Assembly (NCBI GenBank): GCA_051362555.1
Contig: CM120641.1
Span: forward strand, 29,828,401-29,892,400
Reading direction: 5' to 3'
Source: Lingula anatina
Taxonomy: Eukaryota; Animalia; Brachiopoda
DNA length: 64,000 nucleotides
A program made the position numbers and the translations under genes. The stretch's first letter is position 1, and every line of letters begins with the position of its first letter. This document shows positions 1 through 24,988 of this stretch, piece by piece. Under the pieces are notes generated by a model. It was not told where the DNA came from. It made no database searches and worked only from the letters and a program-made list of their open reading frames with translations.

Positions 1-445
1 GACAATCAATTTTTAATAACAAAATATATGTATCATGGATTTTCAGAAAATGTGACTAGCCTGGGTCTTCAAGCCTGTGGAACTTCAAAGTCACACCTTG
101 AAAATGCCAATATGTGAAAAACTAAATTTTCACAAAAAAAAAAAAAAAACTGTTTATCTGGCAGATTGCATTGCCTACTGAAGCTGTATTTTAGTCCCAT
201 GTTTCTTTCCTGTAAGTTTGAGAACAGTAAGTGACATGGTTTTTCTTAAAAGGTAATCATGGGAGCAGTGCCCAAAATAGTTTTTTTTCAAATTTTGATG
301 CAATGTTACATAATGTTTAACAGCATAATGACCATCAATTTTTAATAAAAAAATATTAGTATCATGGATATTCAGAAAATGTGACTAGCAAAGGTCTTCA
401 GGCCCATGGAACTTCAAAGTCACAACTTGAAATACCAAAATGTAA
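1..445. repeat. Dispersed AT-rich repeat with ~330-bp periodicity (part of a Helentron/pearl-like family)
   Basis: 1-115 recurs at 330-445 (gac(a/c)atcaatttttaataa...ttcagaaaatgtgactagc...ggaacttcaaagtcaca). Related sequence occurs at ~34150-34260, ~41640-42360, ~55000-55150 and, reversed, at ~49200-49450. Confidence 0.6.
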
Positions 446-1558
446 ACAAGACAGCACTGTTCTGAAATGTTTTTTTCCCCATTTTTAACAATTTTTAACA
501 TAAAACAAAATTAACAGTTTACTGCCATTTTTACATGATCAACTAAGAAAATTGATGAGATGAGAAAAGTATCAACAGAGCAGTGTTAAATGTCCAATTT
601 CTTCCATTCTGAGATTCTGAACATAGTGGATGATTGAATCTGACAAACTGCAATGATATGAGTTTATTTCCATTTTTGAAACTTTATTACACAATACACG
701 ATAACATGTTTACCATCATTTTTACAAAATCAACTAACAATGTTGTAAAGATGCAGGAAATGTCAAACAAACACTTTCACATATCTTATTAGTTTAATAA
801 TGAGACTGTTGACATGCCTAAAAATTGAATCTGAGGAAATGTGAAAAAACAGCATACCTTCTAAAATAATGGCACGATTATGCTGATTTACGAACTCAAC
901 CTGCATTTTAGTAAAATTGACCACTCCTGTGACTTTCATGACAATTGGCCCATCTGTTTTTCTTATATTGTGTTTACAGTGTTGCATATATGCTGAAAAG
1001 TGTAAAAAACAGCATAACTAGTAAAATGGTGGCCCGATCATGCCGATTTTCGAACTTGACCTGCGTTTTAGTAAAATTGATTACTCCTGTGAGTTTCATG
1101 ACAACAGGTCTATCGGTTTTCCTTGAAATGTGTTAACAGTGTTGCATATATGCTGAAAACAGCATAACTACTAAAATAGTGGCCCGATCATGCCGATTTT
1201 CGAACTTGGTCTGCGTTTTAGTAAGACTGATTACTCCTGTGAGTTTCATGACAACAGGCCTATCGGTTTTCCTTGAAATGTGTTAACAGTGTTGCATATA
1301 TGCTAAAAAGTGAAAAAAAACAGCATAAATTCTACAATAATGGCCCGATCATGCTGATTTTCGAACTTGACCTGCGTTTTATGAATATTAGTCAGCTCTG
1401 TAAATATAAAGCCAAAAAGTAAAACTGTCTTCCACTTATGGTGTTAACGCTGAAAGTGCACGGCGACGGCGACAGCGACGGCGACATGATCGGCGACGGC
1501 GACGACAGACGCAGGTGATGGCAATATGTACAGACACATCTGTGTCTGTACATAAAAA
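445..1558 (+). mobile_element. Non-autonomous Helentron-associated (HINE/pearl-like) element with internal tandem array
   Basis: Starts aacaagacagca. About four 150-160 bp tandem units (cagcata.. at 850, 1010, 1160, 1321), then a (gacggc)n microsatellite ~1460-1510, then the 3' palindrome tgtacagacac-atct-gtgtctgtaca (~1527-1552) followed by an A run. This layout matches bivalve pearl/CvA/HINE elements. Confidence 0.65.
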
Positions 1559-1837
1559 TTATACAGTATGTGGCATGGAGTGAAAAATGAAGAGGGAACC
1601 AACAAAGCTACATGATATTTCTGATGCAAATGAAATTAACACACAAATGATGAAAAAAATATGTGTTAAGAAACCATCCCAAACGTATTCCTTTTGTTTT
1701 TTCACAGAGATAAATTGTTGAACATTCCCCTTCCTTCTGATTTATCAATTAAATTGAAAAAAAAGCAACAAATACAGTTTATTGTCATCATTTCATCCAT
1801 AGATTTAATATATATTTTACAAAGGCGCAATTCCTAC

Positions 1838-15084
<13,247 letters not shown>

Positions 15085-15197
15085 TTTCCAGAGTCTAAAT
15101 GGGTCTTATGGAAATAGTAAACATTTACACGACTTCCGTGTAGACTACTTCCACCCACAGTCTCTTAAAATCTCGAAATTTCTCGACTAAAATTCCA

Positions 15198-15247
15198 TGA
15201 CGTCAATATTAGAGATCCGGATTGAACCGGTATTTTTTCTGACGTCA
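15198..15247. promoter_or_regulatory. Two full CRE palindromes upstream of the PLEKHD1 start codon
   Basis: TGACGTCA at 15198-15205 and 15240-15247, 114-163 bp upstream of the ATG at 15084. Confidence 0.55.
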
Positions 15248-17814
15248 TAAAAGTGTCGGTGGGCCTCATCACTACTCTTATATTTTTGGCATTAAATTTG
15301 CGCAACGTGCAAATATGAAATAAGAAGCAAAGTGCAAATATCGGGGATGCATCTTATCAAAATACCATATTCTTGAGAAAAGAATATATTATACTTTGGA
15401 ACCTTAAGGTTTGTTCAAGATAGAGTTAGAAAAGTGTGGACTATTTTCGGAGAGAATGCGTAGAAACACAGTGATAAGGCCAAATATCTCGTATAAATAG
15501 TACATGATGCACAAATAAAAACAGTTCAACGCAAGGCGTTGTCTAGGCGAGCATATGTAGTGATACTAGTTTGAGTAGTTAATTCTTGCGTTGAACTCGC
15601 GTCTTTTATTTTTGCTTATATTGTATTGAGGAGAAAGTAATGCTTTCTAACATTTCGTTGGTGTTAAGTAGTTTTTTCTGAGATGATTGGAATAGGTGTA
15701 TGCAGAGTTCTTATACTGGTAGATGATACTTGGAAGTTAAAGGATAATGGATAATGTTTTGGTGTAATCTCTTCTGCTAATAACCACATATGGTTATTAC
15801 TGTAACCTAATATTTTGCCATGCGAATGCTTGGTATATTTATTTAGGCATGGGTCTATTTGCCCTTGGCCATAATGGCTTCACGTCGGAGCAGGTGGAGG
15901 CAAGTTGGGACAACAAACCTTTCAGGTTAGCACATCTAAGATTCATGGGAGTAATAAGTCGGTACTAAATGGACGTGAGACGTGTTGAAATGCTGTAGAA
16001 CTTCATCAGTACGGTATGTACAAGTATAAGGATTATATTGGAATTGGATGTTATCATGAACTAAAGAACTGTTGCCCTTGCATTTATTTATTATCAGGTA
16101 AAGGAGGCGCGTAAGTGAAAAACAGATCAAGAGAGAAATGTTTGATTTAATTTGAGAAATAAGTTAAACTATAGATCGATTCATGTACCGTTTGATTGTT
16201 TCATAAATAATACTGCTTTTTTGTTATTTCAATTTGTCGTCAGTGTTCTGTTCATTTTATCTAAATATGGCTCTGTGTGAGCTGAAATAAGTTTAAGATT
16301 AGATGCACCCCTCCATTTTGGGGGACCGTTTCTTTGTTCTTTTGACATTTTGAGCAGGAACTGAAGCTAAAAACCAAGGTATCTAGGTTGTGTGTCCAGA
16401 CACCAAAATACGGTCCAAAGCTTATTCCTCCCTGTCGCCATTTGTGGTCACCTTGTGTGTAAGCTTGCAGTCCTCAATGCCCAGTTAATCTGAAGATTCC
16501 AAAAATTGCCTATTCATGGTATTCCTGCAGTGGTAAATTTTTGAAGTAATTCAAATATGTGGTGCTTTTATGTTGGTTTGTAGGATTAGAATAATAGATG
16601 CCATTAATTCTACTTAAATGTATGTAAGCTAAGATATTCTGATATTAGCATGTGATTAAACCTAAAATTATTCAAATAATGAAATGTTGCATGGTAATTG
16701 CTTTTTGCTGCTCCAAAGAGGGGCGTTATTTTACTTCTTTTGCCCAAAAGGTGTATTGACAGGTTGTGGGATTCATTTGTGTGCACAGAAGATGTGAATA
16801 TTGCAAGCTATCTCGCACTGAAGAGGCATTCTCGTGTCATCAGTTTCTTGTCTTTGTAATAGTAAGATATCTAGTTTAGTTTGTGTGCTGTGTTCACCCT
16901 ACCATTTTCTATTAATACTGAATATCTTACATTGTGAATGTCTTATTTCAATACTTGTTTATTAGTGTTTAACACTGGATAATTTTGTTGGGTTGTAAAC
17001 TATAAACCATAGAATCCACATTCTTCCAGCAGGAAGTTGCTTTTTTTCTTTTTTCACAGCATTATTTTGTTCCTGGAGTGAGGCACTGCTTGTAAGCCCC
17101 GTCCTCCTAATTTAATGATCAAGCCTTGGGTATGTTCTTATTGATCTTTTCCTTATATTATAGGTGTCTGATTACATTTCAAATGTTATGTATTAATGAG
17201 AGGTAAAATTGCCTTTAATTAGTGGTCAGTAAAATTCAGTTCTCTGCTTTACCTATTATTGTGCCTAATATGGGGTGGGTGGGCTATGCTATAATCATCT
17301 TGTAGTCTCCTTGTTAGCCGGACAAGCTAAATGCTCTCTGACCCATATGGAACACAGGAATAAGCAAGACTGAAGAGAAAAATACAGCAATTGATAAGTA
17401 TTGCTTTGCAAGCTGAAGTTAAGTCAAAGTACGGTGTTAATGCATCTTTGTCTTAAATTAATAATATACCATTATAATTCGGATCTAACATCATATGTCC
17501 ATTTATCAAAGTAAGATTTAAACTAGTGCAATTCCATGAAGGTCATTGATGAAAGGTTAGTCTGAACAACTTAATGTTGAGCATGTTTTGATTATTTCAT
17601 TTTTGGGTGGGTGGGTTTCACTTATAGTGCTATTTTCTTGTTGAAAGAATTTGTGAAAGGTCCCAGTAGCCCAACAGAAAATCTGAGAAGCTAACAAGTG
17701 CAGGTTTGAGAGAGTTCTTAATTAATATTCATTTTTATAATATTTCAATTAACTTGCAACCTTGGTTGTTCATTTAGTCTTTGATGAATTAAACTTAGCC
17801 TGCTTCGGGTTGAA

Positions 17815-18230
17815 GGGGGGGGGGGGATCATTTTAATCTCATTTCTTTCATAGTGAATGATTATGAAATGAATGCCGTGGCAAGGATGGTGAATGAAGTG
17901 CAGCAGAATCGGATAAGTTTGTAAACTATTTAATTGCACATTGTATATCTTTAAAATTGATATTCGGGAAACTAAAGTGAGTTTTAATGATAAATGTAAA
18001 ATCTGTTAAAGCAAGACTGCATTCATGTAAACTTAAAAAGTGCAACGGGTAAAAGGAGGGGGGGGGGTGGGCAATCATTTAAATCTCATTTCTTTCACAG
18101 TGGTTGATTATGAAATGAATGCTGTGCCAATGATGGTGAATGAAGTCCTGAAGAAGTGGATAAGTTTGTAAACCATTCAATTAATTGCTCGTTGTATGTC
18201 TTTTAAAATTGATATTTAGGAAACTGAAAT
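17815..18230. repeat. Diverged tandem duplication (~240-bp period)
   Basis: G-run + atcattt(t/a)aatctcatttctttca...gataagtttgtaaac...aaaattgatatt at ~17815-17975 and ~18058-18228. Confidence 0.85.
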
Positions 18231-21200
18231 ACAGTAGATTTTAAGGAGTAAAATAAAAGCTATTAAAGCGAGACTGTTTTTGTAACAATCCTTTGTAAAC
18301 TGTACGGTTTGTTGCGAGTCTGGGTCTGGGGGGGTTAATGTACTCTTTCGTGCTAGATACGCTACCCTCTGGAAGATGTGAGAAGATTGGAGAGTGAAAA
18401 ATAGCTTGTGGAAGAGGAAGGATTCAAACTTCCCATGCAAGGTGAAAAGAATAGTGAAAGTATTATCAAACTTGGTTGTTGCTTATGTGAATCGAGTCAA
18501 AACAGAATGAAGAGGAACTTTGTTTTCGTATGGTTTCTTTGGAATGTTGTGGATAATGCTTAAATATTGTGGTTAAAAAAGAAAAAAAAGAGGAATACTT
18601 TTGTTTCTTTGGAATGTTATGGATAATGTTTAAGGAGCATGGGAGAGGAGGTTTTTGTGTATTTGGCAGTGGGCACATAGTGAATGTTCATGCAGATTTG
18701 AAGAGTAGAAGATTGGTCAAGGTCCAGATGTGCACAAAAAGAATGCGATCGATGCTGAAACCTTGGGGAAGGCCAAATGGGCAATTTGTGTTTTAAGTCA
18801 GTCATGTATGGTAAGATGCATAGCTCCACATTATGTAAGTACATACTAAGTAATGGAATGGATAAAAAAAAGGGCATTTGGACCAGAATATAACTGTATT
18901 TGGATTATTGAATATACTGATTTTGTGACAAGTTACTTGCTTTGTTAGAGTGTAGTGTTGTATTATTGACTAAGCTATTGATATGTGAAAATGCTTTCAG
19001 TGTTAGATAAAGCATGAAGTGTCTGTTAATTTTCAACACTTAATTTTCATGTTTTGCCTTTTATTGTGAAAAGTAGTCCTTCCTATTTGTAAATTTAAAT
19101 CACATTAGCCAATGTGTATATTAACAATTACTGTAAGTTCATTGCAAGATATTTAGATATTTGCTGTGTGCGTGGAAGGTAGTTGTGTTTCAGGTGCATT
19201 CTTCCTAACATCAAGATTTTCTTCGTCACCATTGTAAAGTAACCGTGAGGTGTTTGCTAATGTCTTCTGCTGCAATTGCCTATCCAATGACAACCGTGGC
19301 TAGTTACAACTTCTTAACCAGGAAAAAATGCAAGATGTTAAGAGCTTTGAGAGGAAAGAGGGCTTCAACTTTATTTTTCCCTTGGGCTTCTGTATTTTGG
19401 ACTTCTTATTTCCTTAGCAAGTTAGGCTATGTGCCAGAAAGGTAAGATGTATTTTCAGGTTGGGGCTGTACTCGCTAAGCTTCTAGGTTAATGTTTCAAC
19501 GGCAAAGCTGCAACACCTACACAGAGCTAGAGACCCATACGGCAACCCTCCAACAACAATCCATACAGCCAGAAGTTCCTCTCCAGCTACTAGCCTTTTG
19601 ATGTTTGCCCTCCCTTGTCTGGTTGGTTCATAGGCCATCTTCCCAGGTGGATCCCAAGCCCAATGTCCAGACCACCATCATGTTGAGTACCAGATGACCA
19701 TCCATGAGGTGTAGAATGTCCTTCCATCGTCCATTCCGTGGGCAGCTTTTTTCGTTTAGTTCTTCCAGGTTTTTCCCAGTGTCCAGTTTCTTGTAACCAG
19801 TTTACATAGGGTTATCAGTGTTCAAGTAGAGGGTTCCTTACTCCCAATAAATAGGTATCCATCAATCCAAAGGGCATATTTGGTATGAGATCGGCATGGT
19901 TGTTTCTCAGTTCCATTCAGCATGATGTCCACATTCATTAACAAGGGGTCTACACCAGGAGAGATTTGGGTCCAGATCCCCAGTAGTAGCCCATGATGAG
20001 ATGCTTCCCTCTTCAAGTTCCATTGTTAGCTTCAGCGTCTTACAGGTGCTTAATTCGCCAGCTCTGAAGTTTTGCAATCCTCTCAACCTTGTAAGGCCAA
20101 CCAAGGTGTGATGCAAGTCCTAAACAAGTATTTTCTGGCAGGAAGTAAAGTTTAAGTTATGAAGGCCATCCAAGTAAAAAGTGGACTAATTACGAGGACT
20201 AAAGTTTGGTTTTGAATTGGTTCAAGATGAAGAGAAAGAAATTTTAAACAGAACTTTTGGAACTGTTCCTCATTCTGGCCAATAAATTACCAAACAGTGG
20301 TTTGAACTATTGCACGGCACAATTCAAATCCTACAGTATGATGTACCAAAACGAATGAGAAATTGGGTATGGCAAATTATTCAGAGACTACTCATTCTAA
20401 GTATGCAAGCATGTATCCACCCTTTCAACAAAGACATTCACATCCAAGCAATTTCCAGAAATGTATGTCGAATGGGAATGTGTGTTTAAATTAATCACTT
20501 GATTTTATCAGTCCTTGTAGGCTGGGTTATGTCTTACTGAATAATGTGCAGAGCTGTGGTCTCTGTTGTAACAGTTATGCTTCAGCTTTCACCAACAGTG
20601 TATTGGTTATCCTGTCAGTCTTAATAATGTATTTTTTCTATGTCCAGGTCAAAGCATTTGTATGTGAAAAATGGTTTTCTTTTTAATAGGGAAATGTCTA
20701 GCCAGTGTAGGTTGCATTGAAAAATTATATTTGACCACTAAAGAAGTCTGAAGCTATGAATATGCAATATCCCCTGCTACTAAACTATACGACGTTTATG
20801 AAATTTTCAGTTCTTACCCATGTAATTGAAACCACTAATTTTCAGGTTACCAAAGAGAGCATAGTGTGAAATTAATCAAATATTTCAAATGTTTACCTTC
20901 AGGTTTGAAAGGAAATTTATGTATGTTTAATTAACTTGATAAACTTTCTACAATATAGGTATTTAATAACATCTATTTAATCCAAGTATAATTGGAGTAA
21001 ATTGTACCACATAATGAAATAAGAATTTCTAGGTGTAGAATTCTTTATACTGTGATTTGGTTGCAAGTCAATGAGGTAATTAATATCAAATGCTTTCCCA
21101 AATAAGTAGAGTACATATTGTCAAGTGAGTGAACTTTTAAATTTAACTTTAAACTGATGTCAAGTAAGCTAGCTAGTTATGCAAATTTTTTATCATTAAG

Positions 21201-22680
21201 ACAAGTTTCTCTTAACAGAAAAATGTTCTTCATGTTAAACTGAAATTTTCTTTTGGATATGAGGTTTTTAAACACATTTGCATTGTTCATAGTAGTCAAA
21301 ATTTAGCTGGAGATAAGTTGTTTCTCACAAGTAAACGCATCGATTGTATACTAAAAAAGAAATTTTACAATCTTGTAACCCAAGTAAAGAATAAGTTGAA
21401 TGTATCAATATTGAAAAAAGGAAGTAGAAATGGCTCTTAATCAAATAATATTGCAATGAGTAACAAGAACGTAAAGGCTATTTAATGTATATCTATTGAT
21501 TTATAAAAGGAAGTATAAATGGTCCTTTATCAAATATTGGAAGGAGTAAAAATAAGTGTCATAAGATTAAAAGTTTAATCAAATGTTAAGATTGACAGGG
21601 AAGAGAGTAAACTCTTTCTAAGCTGGTCAGAGCATTGGGTAAATCCTACCTCCCCCTTCCTCCTAGATCAAAGCACTGTAAGAAAAAAAAAAGATGAGGG
21701 AGTAGGGTTGGGTAGCCGGCTCGCAGCTATACCTGTCATCGCGGTCTGATAGCAATGAAATTGTTGATCTGAAATAGAAAAAAAAAAAAAAAAATGAAAA
21801 AAAAAAAATCCTGTGTAACTTCTTTCATATATAAACACCGTGAAATAAAATGCAATTTAGTAAATTGTATCTACTGTGTTTGTTGCTTATTTTAAAATTT
21901 GCATATTTCAAAACCTGATCATTGACTCTATTTTGCAAACATTTGAAAATTGTAAGCTGTTATCACATTCGCGTTTATGGAATGAGTCTTGTTAATCTAC
22001 ATTTGCAGAAGTATAATATTGTCATATTTGATTTCTTGACCAAATATTTAAATTTCAAACCAATCCCAGAAGTACCAACGTTATTCACTATATCCCAGTT
22101 TACTTTATGTAAACTGCTGTCTACTAATATGAAGCATGTAATTCAAAGTATTAATTACATAATGCACATGCCAGTTCATTGTTTTTAACAAGTCAAGTTG
22201 AGTAATATGCTTTTGTCTAATTATGCAGTTTAAATTTTGTTAATTAAATTTACTGTAATATGCGTGGCCATTTTCTCAACAATGCATAAGCTCATTGAAA
22301 TATCTCCCAGCAGCTTCCCCTGTTATACAGCTTGAGTGACATGATGTACTTCTGGTCTTAATGTTGCAGTTTGAAGTGTCCTATCGCAAAATCTAGTAAC
22401 TTTTAATATTGAAATTTTCAATTCTTCAGGTGGTAGCACATTTATGTTTAAAATTCATGAGCCTAAACTGTCACACCATTTTAAGAATGCCCTGTCAAAT
22501 GTTCAAAAAACATTAAAAATTAACCTTATAAACAAAAAGAACCCAGAGACCAGGATGAATGACAATGTCTTCAATGCCAATAAGACGAGTGTCTACACAT
22601 GGCTTCTTCCCAAACTCCTGTTTATCACCATGCGCACAGATATGATTGCAACAAAGACTTAATCCAAGGAGTTACTACTC

Positions 22681-22760
22681 AGACGGAATCAATACAAGTG
22701 ACAAATTAAGCCCATTTTCAGACGGAATCAATACAAGTGACAAATTAAGCCCATTTTCAG
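22681..22760. repeat. Tandem duplication, 2 x 39 bp
   Basis: agacggaatcaatacaagtgacaaattaagcccattttc occurs twice in succession. Confidence 0.9.
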
Positions 22761-23860
22761 AACTGTCAATGATCTTATTGGGGGAAAAAAACCTTGCCAT
22801 ATGTACACTCCACAAAAGACTGTAGACTGTAATGTGGCATCAGATTCAGTTGTCGTACCAGCTGGGTCCATCCAACTCTGTTGGGCCTCTCGCATAAGTG
22901 CAGTCATTGTAATAAGCTCTATAGTGTGACATGCCCCATCAAGCAGCTCAGGGAAGGGGAGGGATAAACTTTTGTATATGCTTGGCTTAATTACCCCAAA
23001 GGTGTGTCAGACAATTTAGCTGCGTTTTAGGGAGAATCACTGCAGAGTTGGATCAATCCAGCCGGTGCATTGTCTGAATCCAATGAAACAGAACTTCAGG
23101 GTATGTGTGAAGATCTGGCAATGCTACAGACGACAACTGTATGAACTAGCACAGGAACTAAACGTGCCTTTATATGAGAAAAATGCTGCCCAGACAATTT
23201 TGGCTTTCTTTAACCTTTAATTCCTTCAAAGTATCAATTTGGCAAATAAATAGGCCTGGAACCTCAGTCTTCTTCTATGATACGTTATAATATTTATTAT
23301 AACTATAGATTTCAGTTATAACAGAGAAGTTTTTTAATTTTACAGTTAAACGAGACTTACCTGTAAGTTGAAGTTTGACTATGATTCTACCGAGTCTTCA
23401 GGAACAGAGGGTTTACGTGAGATAGAACCGAGACCGCGCATGCTCAGGTTTTAAAGGTGTGTGGTTGTCATGAATAAACTCTGTAACTGGGTAGGGAGGG
23501 TAGGGCACGTAAACCCTCTGTTCCTGAAGACTCGGTAGAATCATAGTCAAACTTCAACTTACAGGCAAGTCTCGTTTAACTGTAAAATTCTACCTCGTCT
23601 TCATTCACAACAGGGCTTACGTGAGATTTTAAAGTTCATGACAAGTACACACAAATTCCCAAAAAACAAACAACAACCAATGGAGTTGAAACAAAGTGTA
23701 ATATGTCTAGAAGCATGAAAAAGATACACATATGTGCTCCACCAATAACATGTTGAAGGTGGTAAAATCAATACCCATAAGCAACAACGTTCTATGACCT
23801 TTACTGTCTAGAACTGATGAAAATAAAAACATCCTCAAATTCTAATATACCATAATATAA

Positions 23861-24988
23861 TTACTTAGTATTGATTGACCGTAATAAGGTATCACTAAAT
23901 GAATTCTGACTAACTATAGGCTTGTTATAAAAACGAGCAAAAGTACTGGCATTGGACCATCCCGCTTTATTCAAAATGTCTTCTAACGGGACCCTTGCCT
24001 TAAAAGCTGCAGAAGTAGCTGCTGCTCTAGTACTATGAGCCTTAAAAATAGTAATATCTATTCCAGCTCTGGCTAGCATAACTTTGATCCATCTACTAAC
24101 AGTTTCTCTCCCTACAACACCATGAGGCTTAGTATAGCTAATAAAAAGTCTATCTCCTTCCTTTCTCAAAGATTGGGTTCTAAGTAAATATTCCGATAAA
24201 CAGTTCACCACACACAACTTTTTATTAACAGGATAAGCCGAAAATTTAATGGCAGGCAAGGTAGTCCCAGGCCTGCTTTGCTTAATGTGTTGGTGAATTG
24301 TAAATGTATACGAAGCTTTCCCAATATGCATGTCACCAGTGTTCAGTAAGTGTAAAGTCTGTCCCCGTTGAGCAGAGGTAAGAGCCATTAAAACAATAAG
24401 TTTTAGTGTGAGATCCTTCAGAGACAATCTAGATACAATAGGTAGAGTGCACAAATAATCTAGAACCACTTTAACATCCCAAATGCAGTGATACCTAGGA
24501 GATGGAGGTTTGGATTGGTAAACTGCTTTAATAAAGCGTTTCACAATAGGCATGGCCCCAAAAGGAATTCCAGAGTCCATAATCAGCACCGCAGATAATG
24601 CCGATCTGGCTGTATTCAACGCACTATAGCTAAGACCGGAATGGAATAGTTCCACTAGAAAATCCAAGGCATCTCCTATGGGAGGTCGAATGGAATTAAT
24701 TTCCCTCTTATGGCAGAAAAGTTGCCACTTTGTGAGATACGTCCTATATTGTTTATGCGATGAATCTCTCCATGATCGTAGGATGATGTTGATAGCTGGT
24801 TCTGATATTTGTTGCTCTTTGAGGGCATCCCTGAAAAGGGGCATGCAAGTAGATTGAGACTGTTGCATAATGGATGACTTGCTTGGCTGTATGGAAGCAC
24901 CAGCAACCTCTTCCTCTTTTGCAACAAAAGAGGGTTGGCTGTCAATAGAGTTAGCAGTTTTGGAAACCAGACCTGTGTCTTCCAACAT
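23861..24988 (-). CDS. DIRS tyrosine recombinase (N-terminal SAM-like domain plus catalytic domain)
   Basis: 375-aa ORF with catalytic motifs SAQR, HSTR, AGW and FARFY (R-H-R-W-Y). Confidence 0.9.
   Translation of the reverse strand: MLEDTGLVSKTANSIDSQPSFVAKEEEVAGASIQPSKSSIMQQSQSTCMPLFRDALKEQQISEPAINIILRSWRDSSHKQYRTYLTKWQLFCHKREINSIRPPIGDALDFLVELFHSGLSYSALNTARSALSAVLIMDSGIPFGAMPIVKRFIKAVYQSKPPSPRYHCIWDVKVVLDYLCTLPIVSRLSLKDLTLKLIVLMALTSAQRGQTLHLLNTGDMHIGKASYTFTIHQHIKQSRPGTTLPAIKFSAYPVNKKLCVVNCLSEYLLRTQSLRKEGDRLFISYTKPHGVVGRETVSRWIKVMLARAGIDITIFKAHSTRAAATSAAFKARVPLEDILNKAGWSNASTFARFYNKPIVSQNSFSDTLLRSINTK

Noticed and set aside
15960-16020. Possible hammerhead ribozyme on the minus strand (CTGATGA...)
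   Set aside because: The GAAA box is absent (CAAC instead) and stem I cannot form. Candidates at ~16818, ~21746 and ~56563 also fail the core consensus.
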